Below, piece by piece: positions 1 through 8,461 of a stretch of 32,498 nucleotides of DNA; positions within the stretch are counted from its first letter, which is position 1, and every line of letters begins with the position of its first letter. Below the pieces are notes generated by a model. The model saw nothing but the letters and a program-made list of their open reading frames with translations, was not told the DNA's origin and made no database searches. The position numbers were made by a program, and so were the translations under genes. Source of the stretch: a virus (taxonomy: Duplodnaviria; Caudoviricetes); the IMG/VR virus record IMGVR_UViG_3300043173_000082, positions 1-32,498 of that record; one strand, written 5' to 3'.

Positions 1-2
1 CC

Positions 3-866
3 TGGTATGACTTCCTGGTGCAAGAACCCCCGCCCAACCTGGACTATATCCACCAGCCAGGCGGCCTGACGCCCGAAGCCACGTGGATTGAGCATCTACC
101 CAAAGAGTATTATGAAAACCTTATGCAGGGGCATGACACTGCCTGGGTAGACATTCATGTCCATAGTCAATGGGGCGAGTCCCTTATTGGCCAGCCGGTA
201 TATAGAAATTCCTTTGTACAAGATTTTCATGTTGCAAAAGAACCACTTAGACCAATACCTGGACATCCTCTACTAATTGGCTGTGACTTCGCAAGGTGGC
301 CGGCAGCAGTCATCTGCCAGGTCGATAATGTCGGTAGGTTATTGGTTTTACAGGAATTAGAGATGGAAAATACTGGCGTTGAGCGTTTTTGTCAGCAAGC
401 CCTACTGCCAATGCTTAATACACAGCGGTTTGGCCGATTCAGTTCCTTCCTGGTTGGAGACCCATCCGGGCGTAGTAAATCCCAGATTGGCGAAGAATCC
501 GTCTTTGATATGCTTAAGCGCCTGGGGTTCGTGGCCCTACCAGCCTCAACGAATGATATTCAACCCAGATTGCGGGCAGTTGAAAAATGGCTTGTACAAC
601 AACGAGATGGCAAGCCCGCCCTGTTGGTTGACCCCATAGCTTGTCCCAAGCTCCTAAAAGGTTTTCGCGGGGAGTACCGGTTCAAATTACTCCGGGATGG
701 GTCAATGGAAGTCAAACCGGATAAGAAAAATAGACCTTACGCTGACCTGCATGATGCGCTACAGTATGCGTGTCTTGGGACAGCAGACAACATTCGCGGC
801 AAATACATGCGCCGTGGGATGAACAGACGAACAGCCCAGCCTTTTTCGGCAGCTGCTTGGACATAG
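3..866 (+). CDS. terL: Terminase large subunit, C-terminal nuclease domain (5'-truncated by window edge)
   Basis: Frame is open from nt 3 (WYDFLVQEPP...). RNase H-like terminase motifs LLIGCDF, GDPSG and HDALQYACL are present. Lies directly upstream of the portal. Confidence 0.92.
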   Translation, partial: WYDFLVQEPPPNLDYIHQPGGLTPEATWIEHLPKEYYENLMQGHDTAWVDIHVHSQWGESLIGQPVYRNSFVQDFHVAKEPLRPIPGHPLLIGCDFARWPAAVICQVDNVGRLLVLQELEMENTGVERFCQQALLPMLNTQRFGRFSSFLVGDPSGRSKSQIGEESVFDMLKRLGFVALPASTNDIQPRLRAVEKWLVQQRDGKPALLVDPIACPKLLKGFRGEYRFKLLRDGSMEVKPDKKNRPYADLHDALQYACLGTADNIRGKYMRRGMNRRTAQPFSAAAWT

Positions 867-896
867 TTGACAAGACCCTACTTTCTATACGAGAAT
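867..896 (+). promoter_or_regulatory. Candidate sigma70-type promoter for the portal/late operon
   Basis: Perfect TTGACA at 867-872, right after the terL stop. 18-nt spacer, then GAGAAT at 891-896 (4/6 match to TATAAT). Sits in one of the few intergenic gaps. Confidence 0.45.
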
Positions 897-903
897 CCAA
901 CGT

Positions 904-2964
904 ATGGACGGTTCCCTGCTGCGTGTAGTACCCGAAGGACGGCTTCAAGACCAAGAGGCAGAGCAAGCTGTCGCTGATAATAAAGCAGCCATGCCATATA
1001 GTGACATGAATCAACTGGCTGCCCATATACGTACAAGATGGGATATATTCCGTAGATACCGCACCGAAGTCCTCACTACCGCCACCTCTGGCACCACATT
1101 TAATACTGATGAAAACGCCAACACGTTAAACAATCGTTTACTAAAAGCGTTGCGTGCCTACCAGGGTGAATACTCCCCACAAAAAATAGCTGAGATTGCT
1201 AAGTTTGGTGGCTCCAGGGTATATGCAAAAATAACTACGGTGAAGTGTCGTGGTGCAACAGCCATGCTACGAGATATTTTTATTAATGGTGTAAGGACAT
1301 GGGACGTAGAGGCTACACCAGAGCCAGTAGTACCAGATGAAATCCAGGGGAATATTGATGAGCTGGTAATGATGGAAGCCCAGCACATGCAGTCCGCCGG
1401 CCAACCAGTTGATGACATAGCATTGTCAGAAAGGAAACAACAACTAGAAGAAGCAGCAAAACAAGCTGCGCTAAAACAGGCTGACAAGGAAGCAAAAGAG
1501 GCCACAGAATTACTGGACGATTATCTTGTAGAGGGTGGATTCTACGAAGCCCTTGGTGAATTCCTTATTGATCTTCCCATTTTTTATATCGCGTGCATGA
1601 AAGGCCCGGTTGTAAAAATGTCCAAGGAGTTGAAGTGGGTAGGTTCCGAGATGACATCTACCATGGTGCCAAAGATGTTCTGGCAACGAGTATCGCCATT
1701 TGATATTTACTGGACACCAGGCGCATGTCGCGTCGAAGATGCGGAGATGATTGAAAAGGTACGCTTTACAAGAGCTGACCTTAATGCACTGATAGGAATA
1801 CCAGGCTATGACGAGACTGCTATTCGTGCAGTATTGGAAAAATATAAAGACGGATATAAAGAATACCCGGACGAATTTGAAAGTGAACGTGCAGACCTTG
1901 AATCACGTGAAGACTTTCATACAAACCAGAGTGGGCTTATTGAAGGGCTTGAGTACCATGGCTCTGTACAAGGCCAATCGCTTATTGATGCCGGATTCCC
2001 CTCTGATAATATTGTAGACCCTACACTTGATTATACTGTCGTAGTTTGGCAAATAGCTGAGTATGTAATCAAAGCGCAGCTAAATCCTAATCCCCGCGAA
2101 CGCCACGGCTATTATATAAGTAGCTTTGAAAAAGTACCTGGGTCAATTCCGGGTAATGGTGTACCAGACATCATTGATGATGCACAGAGTGTTGCAAATG
2201 CTTCGCTACGTTCACTTGTTAATAATATGTCCATAGCATCAGGCCCACAGGTTGCGGTCAACGAAGACAGACTCGGGCCAAATACTGACCCAGATTCGTT
2301 ATACCCATGGAAACGGTGGAGATTTGAAGACGACCCATCAGGTAGTCAGACTCCCCCTATATCATTTTTTCAGCCGCAGTCTAATGCTACAGAATTAATG
2401 GCTGTGTTTAACCAGATGACAACTTTGGCAGATGAGACTTCTGCTATACCACGATATCTGACTGGTGGTAGTAATGTAGGTGGTGCCGCGAAGACAGCTT
2501 CTGGGCTATCAATGCTCATGAACAATGCATCTAAAGTCCTGCAAAACATTGCTGCCCAGATTGACACTGATGTATTCGCTCCCATCCTTCAAGACCTGTA
2601 CGATTTCATCATGCTTACTGATGACACCGGCATGTTGACGGGTGATGAGAATATACGTGTTCGCGGTGTAACAGTAGCCATCCAGAAGGAACAGGACAGG
2701 ATGCGGAAACTGGAATTCCTCCAGATGACTGGTAATCCTATTGACTCACAAATTGTTGGTGTTAAGGGCCGCGCAGCTATCCTACGGGATGTTGCAAACG
2801 ATCTGGGTATGCCTGGTGAGAAGATTATTCCTTCTGAAACAGAACTTGATGCTAGAGAAAAAGCTGTAGCTATGGCAAATCAGGGGTCAGCAAATACGCC
2901 GGCTCCGTCAGAAAATCCGAATCCCGGTGAGGAAACGGATAATAACTTCAGGACTAACGCTTAG
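904..2964 (+). CDS. Portal protein (podovirus/P22-like head-tail connector)
   Basis: 686 aa, follows terL. Portal-like motifs RVSPFDIYW, GNGVPDIIDDAQ, AKTASGLSML. Confidence 0.9.
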   Translation: MDGSLLRVVPEGRLQDQEAEQAVADNKAAMPYSDMNQLAAHIRTRWDIFRRYRTEVLTTATSGTTFNTDENANTLNNRLLKALRAYQGEYSPQKIAEIAKFGGSRVYAKITTVKCRGATAMLRDIFINGVRTWDVEATPEPVVPDEIQGNIDELVMMEAQHMQSAGQPVDDIALSERKQQLEEAAKQAALKQADKEAKEATELLDDYLVEGGFYEALGEFLIDLPIFYIACMKGPVVKMSKELKWVGSEMTSTMVPKMFWQRVSPFDIYWTPGACRVEDAEMIEKVRFTRADLNALIGIPGYDETAIRAVLEKYKDGYKEYPDEFESERADLESREDFHTNQSGLIEGLEYHGSVQGQSLIDAGFPSDNIVDPTLDYTVVVWQIAEYVIKAQLNPNPRERHGYYISSFEKVPGSIPGNGVPDIIDDAQSVANASLRSLVNNMSIASGPQVAVNEDRLGPNTDPDSLYPWKRWRFEDDPSGSQTPPISFFQPQSNATELMAVFNQMTTLADETSAIPRYLTGGSNVGGAAKTASGLSMLMNNASKVLQNIAAQIDTDVFAPILQDLYDFIMLTDDTGMLTGDENIRVRGVTVAIQKEQDRMRKLEFLQMTGNPIDSQIVGVKGRAAILRDVANDLGMPGEKIIPSETELDAREKAVAMANQGSANTPAPSENPNPGEETDNNFRTNA

Positions 2965-2974
2965 GAGAATTATT

Positions 2975-3265
2975 ATGAAAGGTTTCGGACATGGCTCAAG
3001 CCAGAGTTACCCGCCCAAGATGGGCTACAAGAACGGCAAAGCGCCAAATGACAATGCCAACGCCAGTAACGGTGTAATTACCGGCCATGGTAGCGGTGAT
3101 AGTTACCCTAATGGTGCTTCCGGTAGTAATTGGCCTGCACCTAACAATCATGCTACTGCTACTGATGGCCAGACAACCGGTCATCCGTCACAGAAGACGA
3201 CATACCCAAGTAAGGGTGGCGGTGGCGGCAAGCAGTATATTCCAAAAGGCGGTAATATGCTTTGA
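2975..3265 (+). CDS. Small Gly/Ser/Asn-rich internally repeated protein, function unknown
   Basis: Start reassigned to ATG 2975, downstream of AGGAG (2963-2967). 96 aa with three GH-x-S-..-YP repeats. Confidence 0.7.
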   Translation: MKGFGHGSSQSYPPKMGYKNGKAPNDNANASNGVITGHGSGDSYPNGASGSNWPAPNNHATATDGQTTGHPSQKTTYPSKGGGGGKQYIPKGGNML

Positions 3266-3498
3266 AACTTGTTCCTGCACAGCTAGAGGCAGTAGCTACC
3301 CTTCAACAGGGTAATAGGGACTTTGCAGTCTTTATGAAAGCTATTGCCGATCACTGTTCAGAAATAAATGAGCGTCATATCAAAAGCCCGGAAAGTAGTG
3401 AGTATATACGAGGACAAGTCTTCGCATTCTCGGACATTCTGGAGACAGTGAATGGCGCTAGTGAAAAAATTAAACGGCTACAACAGCCGAAAACCTAG
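3262..3498 (+). CDS. Conserved small head-region hypothetical protein
   Basis: TTG start overlapping the upstream TGA. Helical 78 aa with a YIRGQV motif of the kind seen in small genes between portal and scaffold. Confidence 0.7.
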   Translation: MKLVPAQLEAVATLQQGNRDFAVFMKAIADHCSEINERHIKSPESSEYIRGQVFAFSDILETVNGASEKIKRLQQPKT

Positions 3499-3507
3499 GA
3501 GAATACA

Positions 3508-4557
3508 ATGTCAGCTCTCCCCAAAGAAGTGCGTAAGAAAATTCGGCAAGCGGAGAAAGCCCATGCAACAGTTTATGGAACAGGTGAAACGCCTGCTGAG
3601 GAAATTACGCCTTCTGAAACCACTACCTCAGAAGAAAGTACAACGGAAAAAGTCACCAAAGACGCAGCCAACGAAAGCGCCAGTGAAAGCGGTACGGAAT
3701 CCAAAACGGAAGAAGTGCCAGGTGAAAAAAGCTCCGAAGTAGCTTCTGAAGATAAGTGGGAGCATAAGTACAATGTATTGAACGGTAAGTACCGTGCAGA
3801 AGTACCACGGTTACAGACCCAGGTAAAAGAACTAGGTAATCATGTCAGTTCACTACAAGGATTGATTTCAACGCTTGAAAAAGCCAAGCCAGTCGAGGCA
3901 GAAACATCCCCTCTGACAGCTACCAGGCTGCTCAAAGACGACGAGATTGTAGACTATGGTGAAGATATGATTAGCGTGGTAAAGCGTGCAGCCCGTGAGG
4001 AAATTGCACCAGAGTTAGACAGGCTCACTGCTGAAAATGTAGAGCTGAAGAAAATGGTAGGTCGTGTTAACGAGACTACCGAAACCACAGCAAGACAAGC
4101 AGTCTATACTACCTTGGATATCGAGGTACCAGACTGGCGTAAGCTAAATTCAGATGAAGGGTTCATCGCATGGCTGGACACGCTTGATGCGTATACCAAT
4201 AAAATGCGTAGAGACCTGCTGAACGAAGCCCTTGAAGCCAATGATGCCGCCCGTGTCATTGTGTTCTTCGAGGGCTACCTAAAAGAAAACGCTACGGTTA
4301 GTACTCCAGCAGAGGAGACACCCACTGAAAAGCCAAGAAAGGCTAGTGTGGATATGGCATCTCTTGCAGCACCTGGTAAGCCCAGGAGCGGAGGAACAGC
4401 GAGCACTCAGGAAGGTAAGCAAACCTGGCGGCAAGCGGAAATATCCGCGTTCTATGCAGACGTTCGGAAGGGGGCGTTTAAAAACAACCCCGAGGAAAAA
4501 GTTAAGATTGAACAAAGCATAATGAACGCCGTGAAACATAACCAAATCGTTGCTTAA
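3508..4557 (+). CDS. Capsid scaffolding protein
   Basis: AGGAG RBS. Acidic disordered N-terminus, coiled coil (WEHKYNVLNGKY), directly upstream of the major capsid gene. Confidence 0.8.
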   Translation: MSALPKEVRKKIRQAEKAHATVYGTGETPAEEITPSETTTSEESTTEKVTKDAANESASESGTESKTEEVPGEKSSEVASEDKWEHKYNVLNGKYRAEVPRLQTQVKELGNHVSSLQGLISTLEKAKPVEAETSPLTATRLLKDDEIVDYGEDMISVVKRAAREEIAPELDRLTAENVELKKMVGRVNETTETTARQAVYTTLDIEVPDWRKLNSDEGFIAWLDTLDAYTNKMRRDLLNEALEANDAARVIVFFEGYLKENATVSTPAEETPTEKPRKASVDMASLAAPGKPRSGGTASTQEGKQTWRQAEISAFYADVRKGAFKNNPEEKVKIEQSIMNAVKHNQIVA

Positions 4558-4576
4558 CTAACTTGAGGGCTTAATC

Positions 4577-5569
4577 ATGCCATATACAATTGCCACACCG
4601 TCGGGCACCCCCGACACGTTCCCCGCAGGTTCTGCTAACCCCAGTCCTGCGTATACGGGAACATTCATCCCTGAAATCTGGAGCGGAAAACTTATCGAAA
4701 AGTTTTACGATGCCACGGTTATCGGGGCCATTGCCAACACTGATTATGAAGGTGAGATTACTTCATTCGGTGACAAGGTAAACATTCGCACCAAGCCGGA
4801 TGTAACCATCAAGGCTTACGAGGCTGACCAGACGCTTGAGTTTGAGCGCCCAAGTTCGGATATCGTAACGCTGAACATTGACAAGGGTTTCTATTTCAAC
4901 ACTATCCTTGACGATGTGATGGAAGTTCAGGCTGATTTGAATCTGATGAGCATGTGGTCTGATGACGCATCCGAGCAGATGAAGATCAAAATCGACACCG
5001 AAGTCCTGGCTTACATGCCAACTGAGGTTGATGCTGCTAACCAGGGTAATACTGCTGGTAAAATCAGTCAGAACCTCGCCCTCGGCGTAGTCGGTACTCC
5101 TCTGGAGATGGTGTCTCGTAACCCAGCAGCTTCTGAAACTGAAGTTGTTGACCTGATTGTGAAATATGGTCAGATTCTGGATGAGCAGAACATTCCAGAA
5201 AATGGTCGCTGGATTATTGTTCCGGCCTGGATGGCGGCAATGATTAAGCAATCAGAACTGCGCGATGCTTCGTTGACCGGTGATGGCCAGACGATGCTGC
5301 GTAATGGTCGCCTGGGTATGATTGACCGCTTCGAGCTGTATGCGTCAAACCTTCTGCCAGTTGATACTACTCCTGCTGGTGGAGATGCAACGCTGATAAT
5401 GGCTGGTCACCGTCATGGTATGACGTTTGCTTCGCAGATGAGCAAGATGGAAACACTGCGTGGTGAGTCTACCTTCGGTACCATCATGCGTGGTTTGCAG
5501 GTATATGGCCGGAAGATGACAGATGGTATTTCTGTCTCGCTGGCGTATGCTCGTAAGTCAGAAGTGTAA
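4577..5569 (+). CDS. Major capsid protein (HK97 fold)
   Basis: FIPEIWSGKL N-arm, NTDYEGEI..GDKVNI, LDEQNIPENGRW and RGLQVYG motifs. Followed by a strong terminator. Confidence 0.93.
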   Translation: MPYTIATPSGTPDTFPAGSANPSPAYTGTFIPEIWSGKLIEKFYDATVIGAIANTDYEGEITSFGDKVNIRTKPDVTIKAYEADQTLEFERPSSDIVTLNIDKGFYFNTILDDVMEVQADLNLMSMWSDDASEQMKIKIDTEVLAYMPTEVDAANQGNTAGKISQNLALGVVGTPLEMVSRNPAASETEVVDLIVKYGQILDEQNIPENGRWIIVPAWMAAMIKQSELRDASLTGDGQTMLRNGRLGMIDRFELYASNLLPVDTTPAGGDATLIMAGHRHGMTFASQMSKMETLRGESTFGTIMRGLQVYGRKMTDGISVSLAYARKSEV

Positions 5570-5574
5570 TTAAG

Positions 5575-5599
5575 GTGGGGGCTTCGGCCCCCGCTTTTT
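5575..5599 (+). terminator. Rho-independent terminator after the capsid gene
   Basis: GTGGGGGC-TTCG-GCCCCCGC stem with a cUUCGg tetraloop, followed by TTTTT. Confidence 0.92.
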
Positions 5600-5611
5600 A
5601 GGGAGAACAGT

Positions 5612-5857
5612 ATGAAGCGATGCCAACGAATAAAGGATGGAGTTCTTTATCCTCACACTGAAGCAAATGCTGCGCTTAGTATTATGCGGGTTGTGGAAGT
5701 TGATGAGGACGGGAATGTATCTAGTGTAATGCCGGACAGCGAACCAACGCCACCAGGATTTCCTGTAGCGGGGGCTGCTATACCCAGTGATTCAGTTGAC
5801 GAGGTAGAAAACCTCAACAGTGACCTGGGTGTACCGGATGAGTCTAACGATACGTAA
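5612..5857 (+). CDS. Hypothetical protein with acidic C-terminus
   Basis: AGGGAG RBS and ATG, 81 aa, post-capsid position. Confidence 0.7.
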   Translation: MKRCQRIKDGVLYPHTEANAALSIMRVVEVDEDGNVSSVMPDSEPTPPGFPVAGAAIPSDSVDEVENLNSDLGVPDESNDT

Positions 5858-6188
5858 TGCCTTTACCCAAGTTAGGCAGACTGTTCAGGATGTAGATGAG
5901 CCGTATAGGCATTCTGATGACAAGCTGTTTGGGTACTTCAATGATGCTTTAGGTGATATTCGCCGCCTGCGTCCTGATTTATTTATCGGGTCGCTTGATA
6001 GTACATGGGTCATTTATGATGACACCAACTTTGACGACCCCTTTCCCATAGACTTTACATATTTTACTACTGTAATTGACTATATGGCGTCAACTGTCGG
6101 TATAGAAGATGATGAGTTTGCTAATGATGGGCGGGCTATCACACTGTACCAACGCTTTGTAACCAAGCTAGTAGGTAAACTCGCATGA
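5838..6188 (+). CDS. Head-tail adaptor-like protein
   Basis: Likely start ATG 5838. Helical pattern RQTVQD...HSDDKLFGYFNDAL..IRRLRPD typical of phage adaptor proteins. Position fits. Confidence 0.7.
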   Translation: MSLTIRNAFTQVRQTVQDVDEPYRHSDDKLFGYFNDALGDIRRLRPDLFIGSLDSTWVIYDDTNFDDPFPIDFTYFTTVIDYMASTVGIEDDEFANDGRAITLYQRFVTKLVGKLA

Positions 6189-6772
6189 ACTTTGTAGACA
6201 TTTCAGTGTTCTACGATGAGGCTTCGTTGCGCCTGTCTGGCGCTCCTACATCTACATTACGCACCGAGCTTGAGGCTACGCTTCGGGAATTCTATGTTCG
6301 TTCTGCTGCATTCATTATAGAGACTGACAAAATAGACGTTGTAGCTAATCAAAAAACCTACAGTTTCAATCCCCAAGTACTGGGAGATATTCTACTTACC
6401 TATGCTGTGCAGATTTATGATGATTCTGATGAAGCCCCAATCCAGCAAAACTTTTCCGGTACATTAGTGCCTGGGGATATAAAATTAGCGCATAAGCCAT
6501 CCAGTAATAAGACAGATGCTATGTCAGCCTGGGTAGCATTAAAGCCAAAATCATATGATGTCATCCCTGAAGGTACTATCACCTACGACTTTGATACCAT
6601 CTTGGATGGGCTAACTGGTCGTATGTTTAATATGCCAGATAGGCCATGGTCAAATGCGCCGCAAGCCGCCTATTATTTACGCCGTTTTAGACAAGGCCAA
6701 GGCCAGGCCAGGGTGCGTACAAGGAGTCTATTTACCCGCGCAGATGCCGGCTGGAGATATCCGCCATGGTAA
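6185..6772 (+). CDS. Second adaptor / tail tubular A-like protein
   Basis: ATGA-coupled. Motifs LREFYVRS and ILDGLTGRMFNMPDRPWSN. Lies between head and nozzle genes. Confidence 0.65.
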   Translation: MNFVDISVFYDEASLRLSGAPTSTLRTELEATLREFYVRSAAFIIETDKIDVVANQKTYSFNPQVLGDILLTYAVQIYDDSDEAPIQQNFSGTLVPGDIKLAHKPSSNKTDAMSAWVALKPKSYDVIPEGTITYDFDTILDGLTGRMFNMPDRPWSNAPQAAYYLRRFRQGQGQARVRTRSLFTRADAGWRYPPW

Positions 6773-7008
6773 TCGGTGGAATTAATTCTGTACCAGTAAA
6801 CAGTACTTACCCTGTAAACGGGGAAAGCGTGCTTGTGATTGTGCAAGCTATAGGTGTTGGCGATGAAATCTGTATAGGGGCTAACCAGAATGATGTAACG
6901 GTGCCGAAAGAATATAATTCAGTATCAATACCAAATGGTAGCAAGGGCATAACTATATTTAGCGAGAACAAAGTTTCTGCTATTAAATATTCTCGGAGTG
7001 AGTGCTGA
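6766..7008 (+). CDS. Small hypothetical virion protein
   Basis: 80 aa, overlaps both neighbours and fills the gap exactly. Confidence 0.6.
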   Translation: MVIGGINSVPVNSTYPVNGESVLVIVQAIGVGDEICIGANQNDVTVPKEYNSVSIPNGSKGITIFSENKVSAIKYSRSEC

Positions 7009-7307
7009 TGTCCATCCTTAATAAATATATTCTCAAGTCTACTGAGCGTAAAAATTACACCATTAAATATGAGAAATGGTTAGAGACAGGTGAAAGTCTG
7101 AGTGGGGCTACTACTGTTGTATCTCCTGTTACAGCCCCGCCATTACAGGTTACCTCTATATTTAGCCCTACTACTAATGAAGTAACTGTGACTGTTGGTA
7201 CTGGTGGGGTAGATGGAGAACTTTATGAAGTAGAAGTAAGCATTACCACAGACCAGAACCAGATAAAAATTGACTGTTTGCAGTTTGATATAAAGGATGA
7301 TTGCTAA
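7008..7307 (+). CDS. Putative fibre-tail adaptor (small beta-sandwich)
   Basis: TGATG-coupled start at 7008. Pattern K...ERKNYTIKYEKWL..GESL...GGVDGELYEVEVSITT. Directly precedes a fibre gene. Confidence 0.6.
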   Translation: MSILNKYILKSTERKNYTIKYEKWLETGESLSGATTVVSPVTAPPLQVTSIFSPTTNEVTVTVGTGGVDGELYEVEVSITTDQNQIKIDCLQFDIKDDC

Positions 7308-8461
7308 TGCAACAGTTTGTTAACAATTATGATGAATTGGTAACCGGGATAGTAAGTCCTGGGGACTTGGTGATTCCTGTCTCTAGTGCAGCAGACCTAC
7401 CGATTCTGTCTGTAGATAATTTTGTACTCCTGACTATTGAAATTACTGAAACAGGTATACGTGAAATTGTTAAGGCCACGGGTGTAGTAGGTAATGACAT
7501 TACTGTGGTTCGTGCCCAAGAGGGTACTATCGCTGGTACGTTTCCTTCAGGAACTATAATTCAAGCCAGGGTAACCGCTGCTAGCCTTAGTGATTTACAA
7601 GGCATTGTGGGTTCCCTAAACGACCTTACAGACGTTAATAATAGTTCGCCATCAAGTCGTGATGTATTGGCATATGACGGTGTGGATAGCTATGACAACC
7701 GCCCTCTTGTTGAACTTGACATAAGTGATTTACAGGCATACCTAACAGATATTACTGGGCAGTCAGTAGGCGACCTTAATGATGTTAATAGTGTTACGCC
7801 TTCAGCCCGTGATGTATTGGCATATGACGGTGTGGATAGCTATGACAACCGCCCTCTTGTTGAACTTGACATAAGTGATTTACAGGCATACCTAACAGAT
7901 ATTACTGGGCAGTCAATAAAAAGTCTTTCTGATGTTTTGACATCAATGACCCCTTTAGAAGGTGATGCCCTAACATATTTATCTGGTGAGTGGAAAGCTC
8001 AAGCTGGAGGGGGTGGTACAGCATTTTGGGATACAGAGAAGATTAAACCACTCGATGAATCTATATTAAATAATGCAACTATTACTGTAGATTCCGATTT
8101 TACTATTGCCCTTGACGCTAGTTCAACGTATGAATTTGAACTCCTTACCTCATTTGACGCTGATAATAATTTCCCAGGTATGAAATACAGAGTAGATTAC
8201 ACAGGGACTGTAATTGAGGACACTGGAAATATAGACCTTCTCCACAAGAATACTGCGTCAACCGTGAACTCATACAGGTTAGGAAGTACCTTTACTATAG
8301 GATTTTTGTTTAATAACAGAGAGGCTGTCCGTATTAAGGGTATTCTCGAAACAGATACTGGTGGTGATTTAAGATACTCTTGGGCACAAGGCACTTTAGA
8401 TGCAGTTTTTGGCACAAATCTATATAAAGGTTCATTGCTAAGAGTTAGGAAACTGATTTAA
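7307..8461 (+). CDS. Tail fibre / receptor-binding protein 1
   Basis: TAATG-coupled start at 7307. N-terminal anchor (TVVRAQEGT), LNDLTDV-type fibre repeats, beta-rich C-terminal head. Confidence 0.75.
   Translation: MQQFVNNYDELVTGIVSPGDLVIPVSSAADLPILSVDNFVLLTIEITETGIREIVKATGVVGNDITVVRAQEGTIAGTFPSGTIIQARVTAASLSDLQGIVGSLNDLTDVNNSSPSSRDVLAYDGVDSYDNRPLVELDISDLQAYLTDITGQSVGDLNDVNSVTPSARDVLAYDGVDSYDNRPLVELDISDLQAYLTDITGQSIKSLSDVLTSMTPLEGDALTYLSGEWKAQAGGGGTAFWDTEKIKPLDESILNNATITVDSDFTIALDASSTYEFELLTSFDADNNFPGMKYRVDYTGTVIEDTGNIDLLHKNTASTVNSYRLGSTFTIGFLFNNREAVRIKGILETDTGGDLRYSWAQGTLDAVFGTNLYKGSLLRVRKLI
7658..7915 (+). repeat. Exact 108-bp direct repeat with 150-bp period (7658-7765 and 7808-7915)
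   Basis: Compared base by base: CGTGATGTATTGG...ACTGGGCAGTCA is identical in both copies and in frame. Confidence 0.97.

Noticed and set aside
3452-3742. Basic 96-aa ORF overlapping the scaffold gene
   Set aside because: An alternative frame of the Glu/Thr-rich scaffold N-terminus. The scaffold frame has the RBS.
5540-5612. Programmed frameshift or read-through extension of the capsid (T7 10B-like)
   Set aside because: No slippery heptamer is evident near the end, and a TAA stop is followed at once by a strong terminator.
7658-7915. Fibre repeat as a DGR template/variable repeat pair or a CRISPR array
   Set aside because: The copies are identical with no adenine-specific mismatches, in frame and mid-gene. 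No reverse transcriptase or cas gene is in the window.
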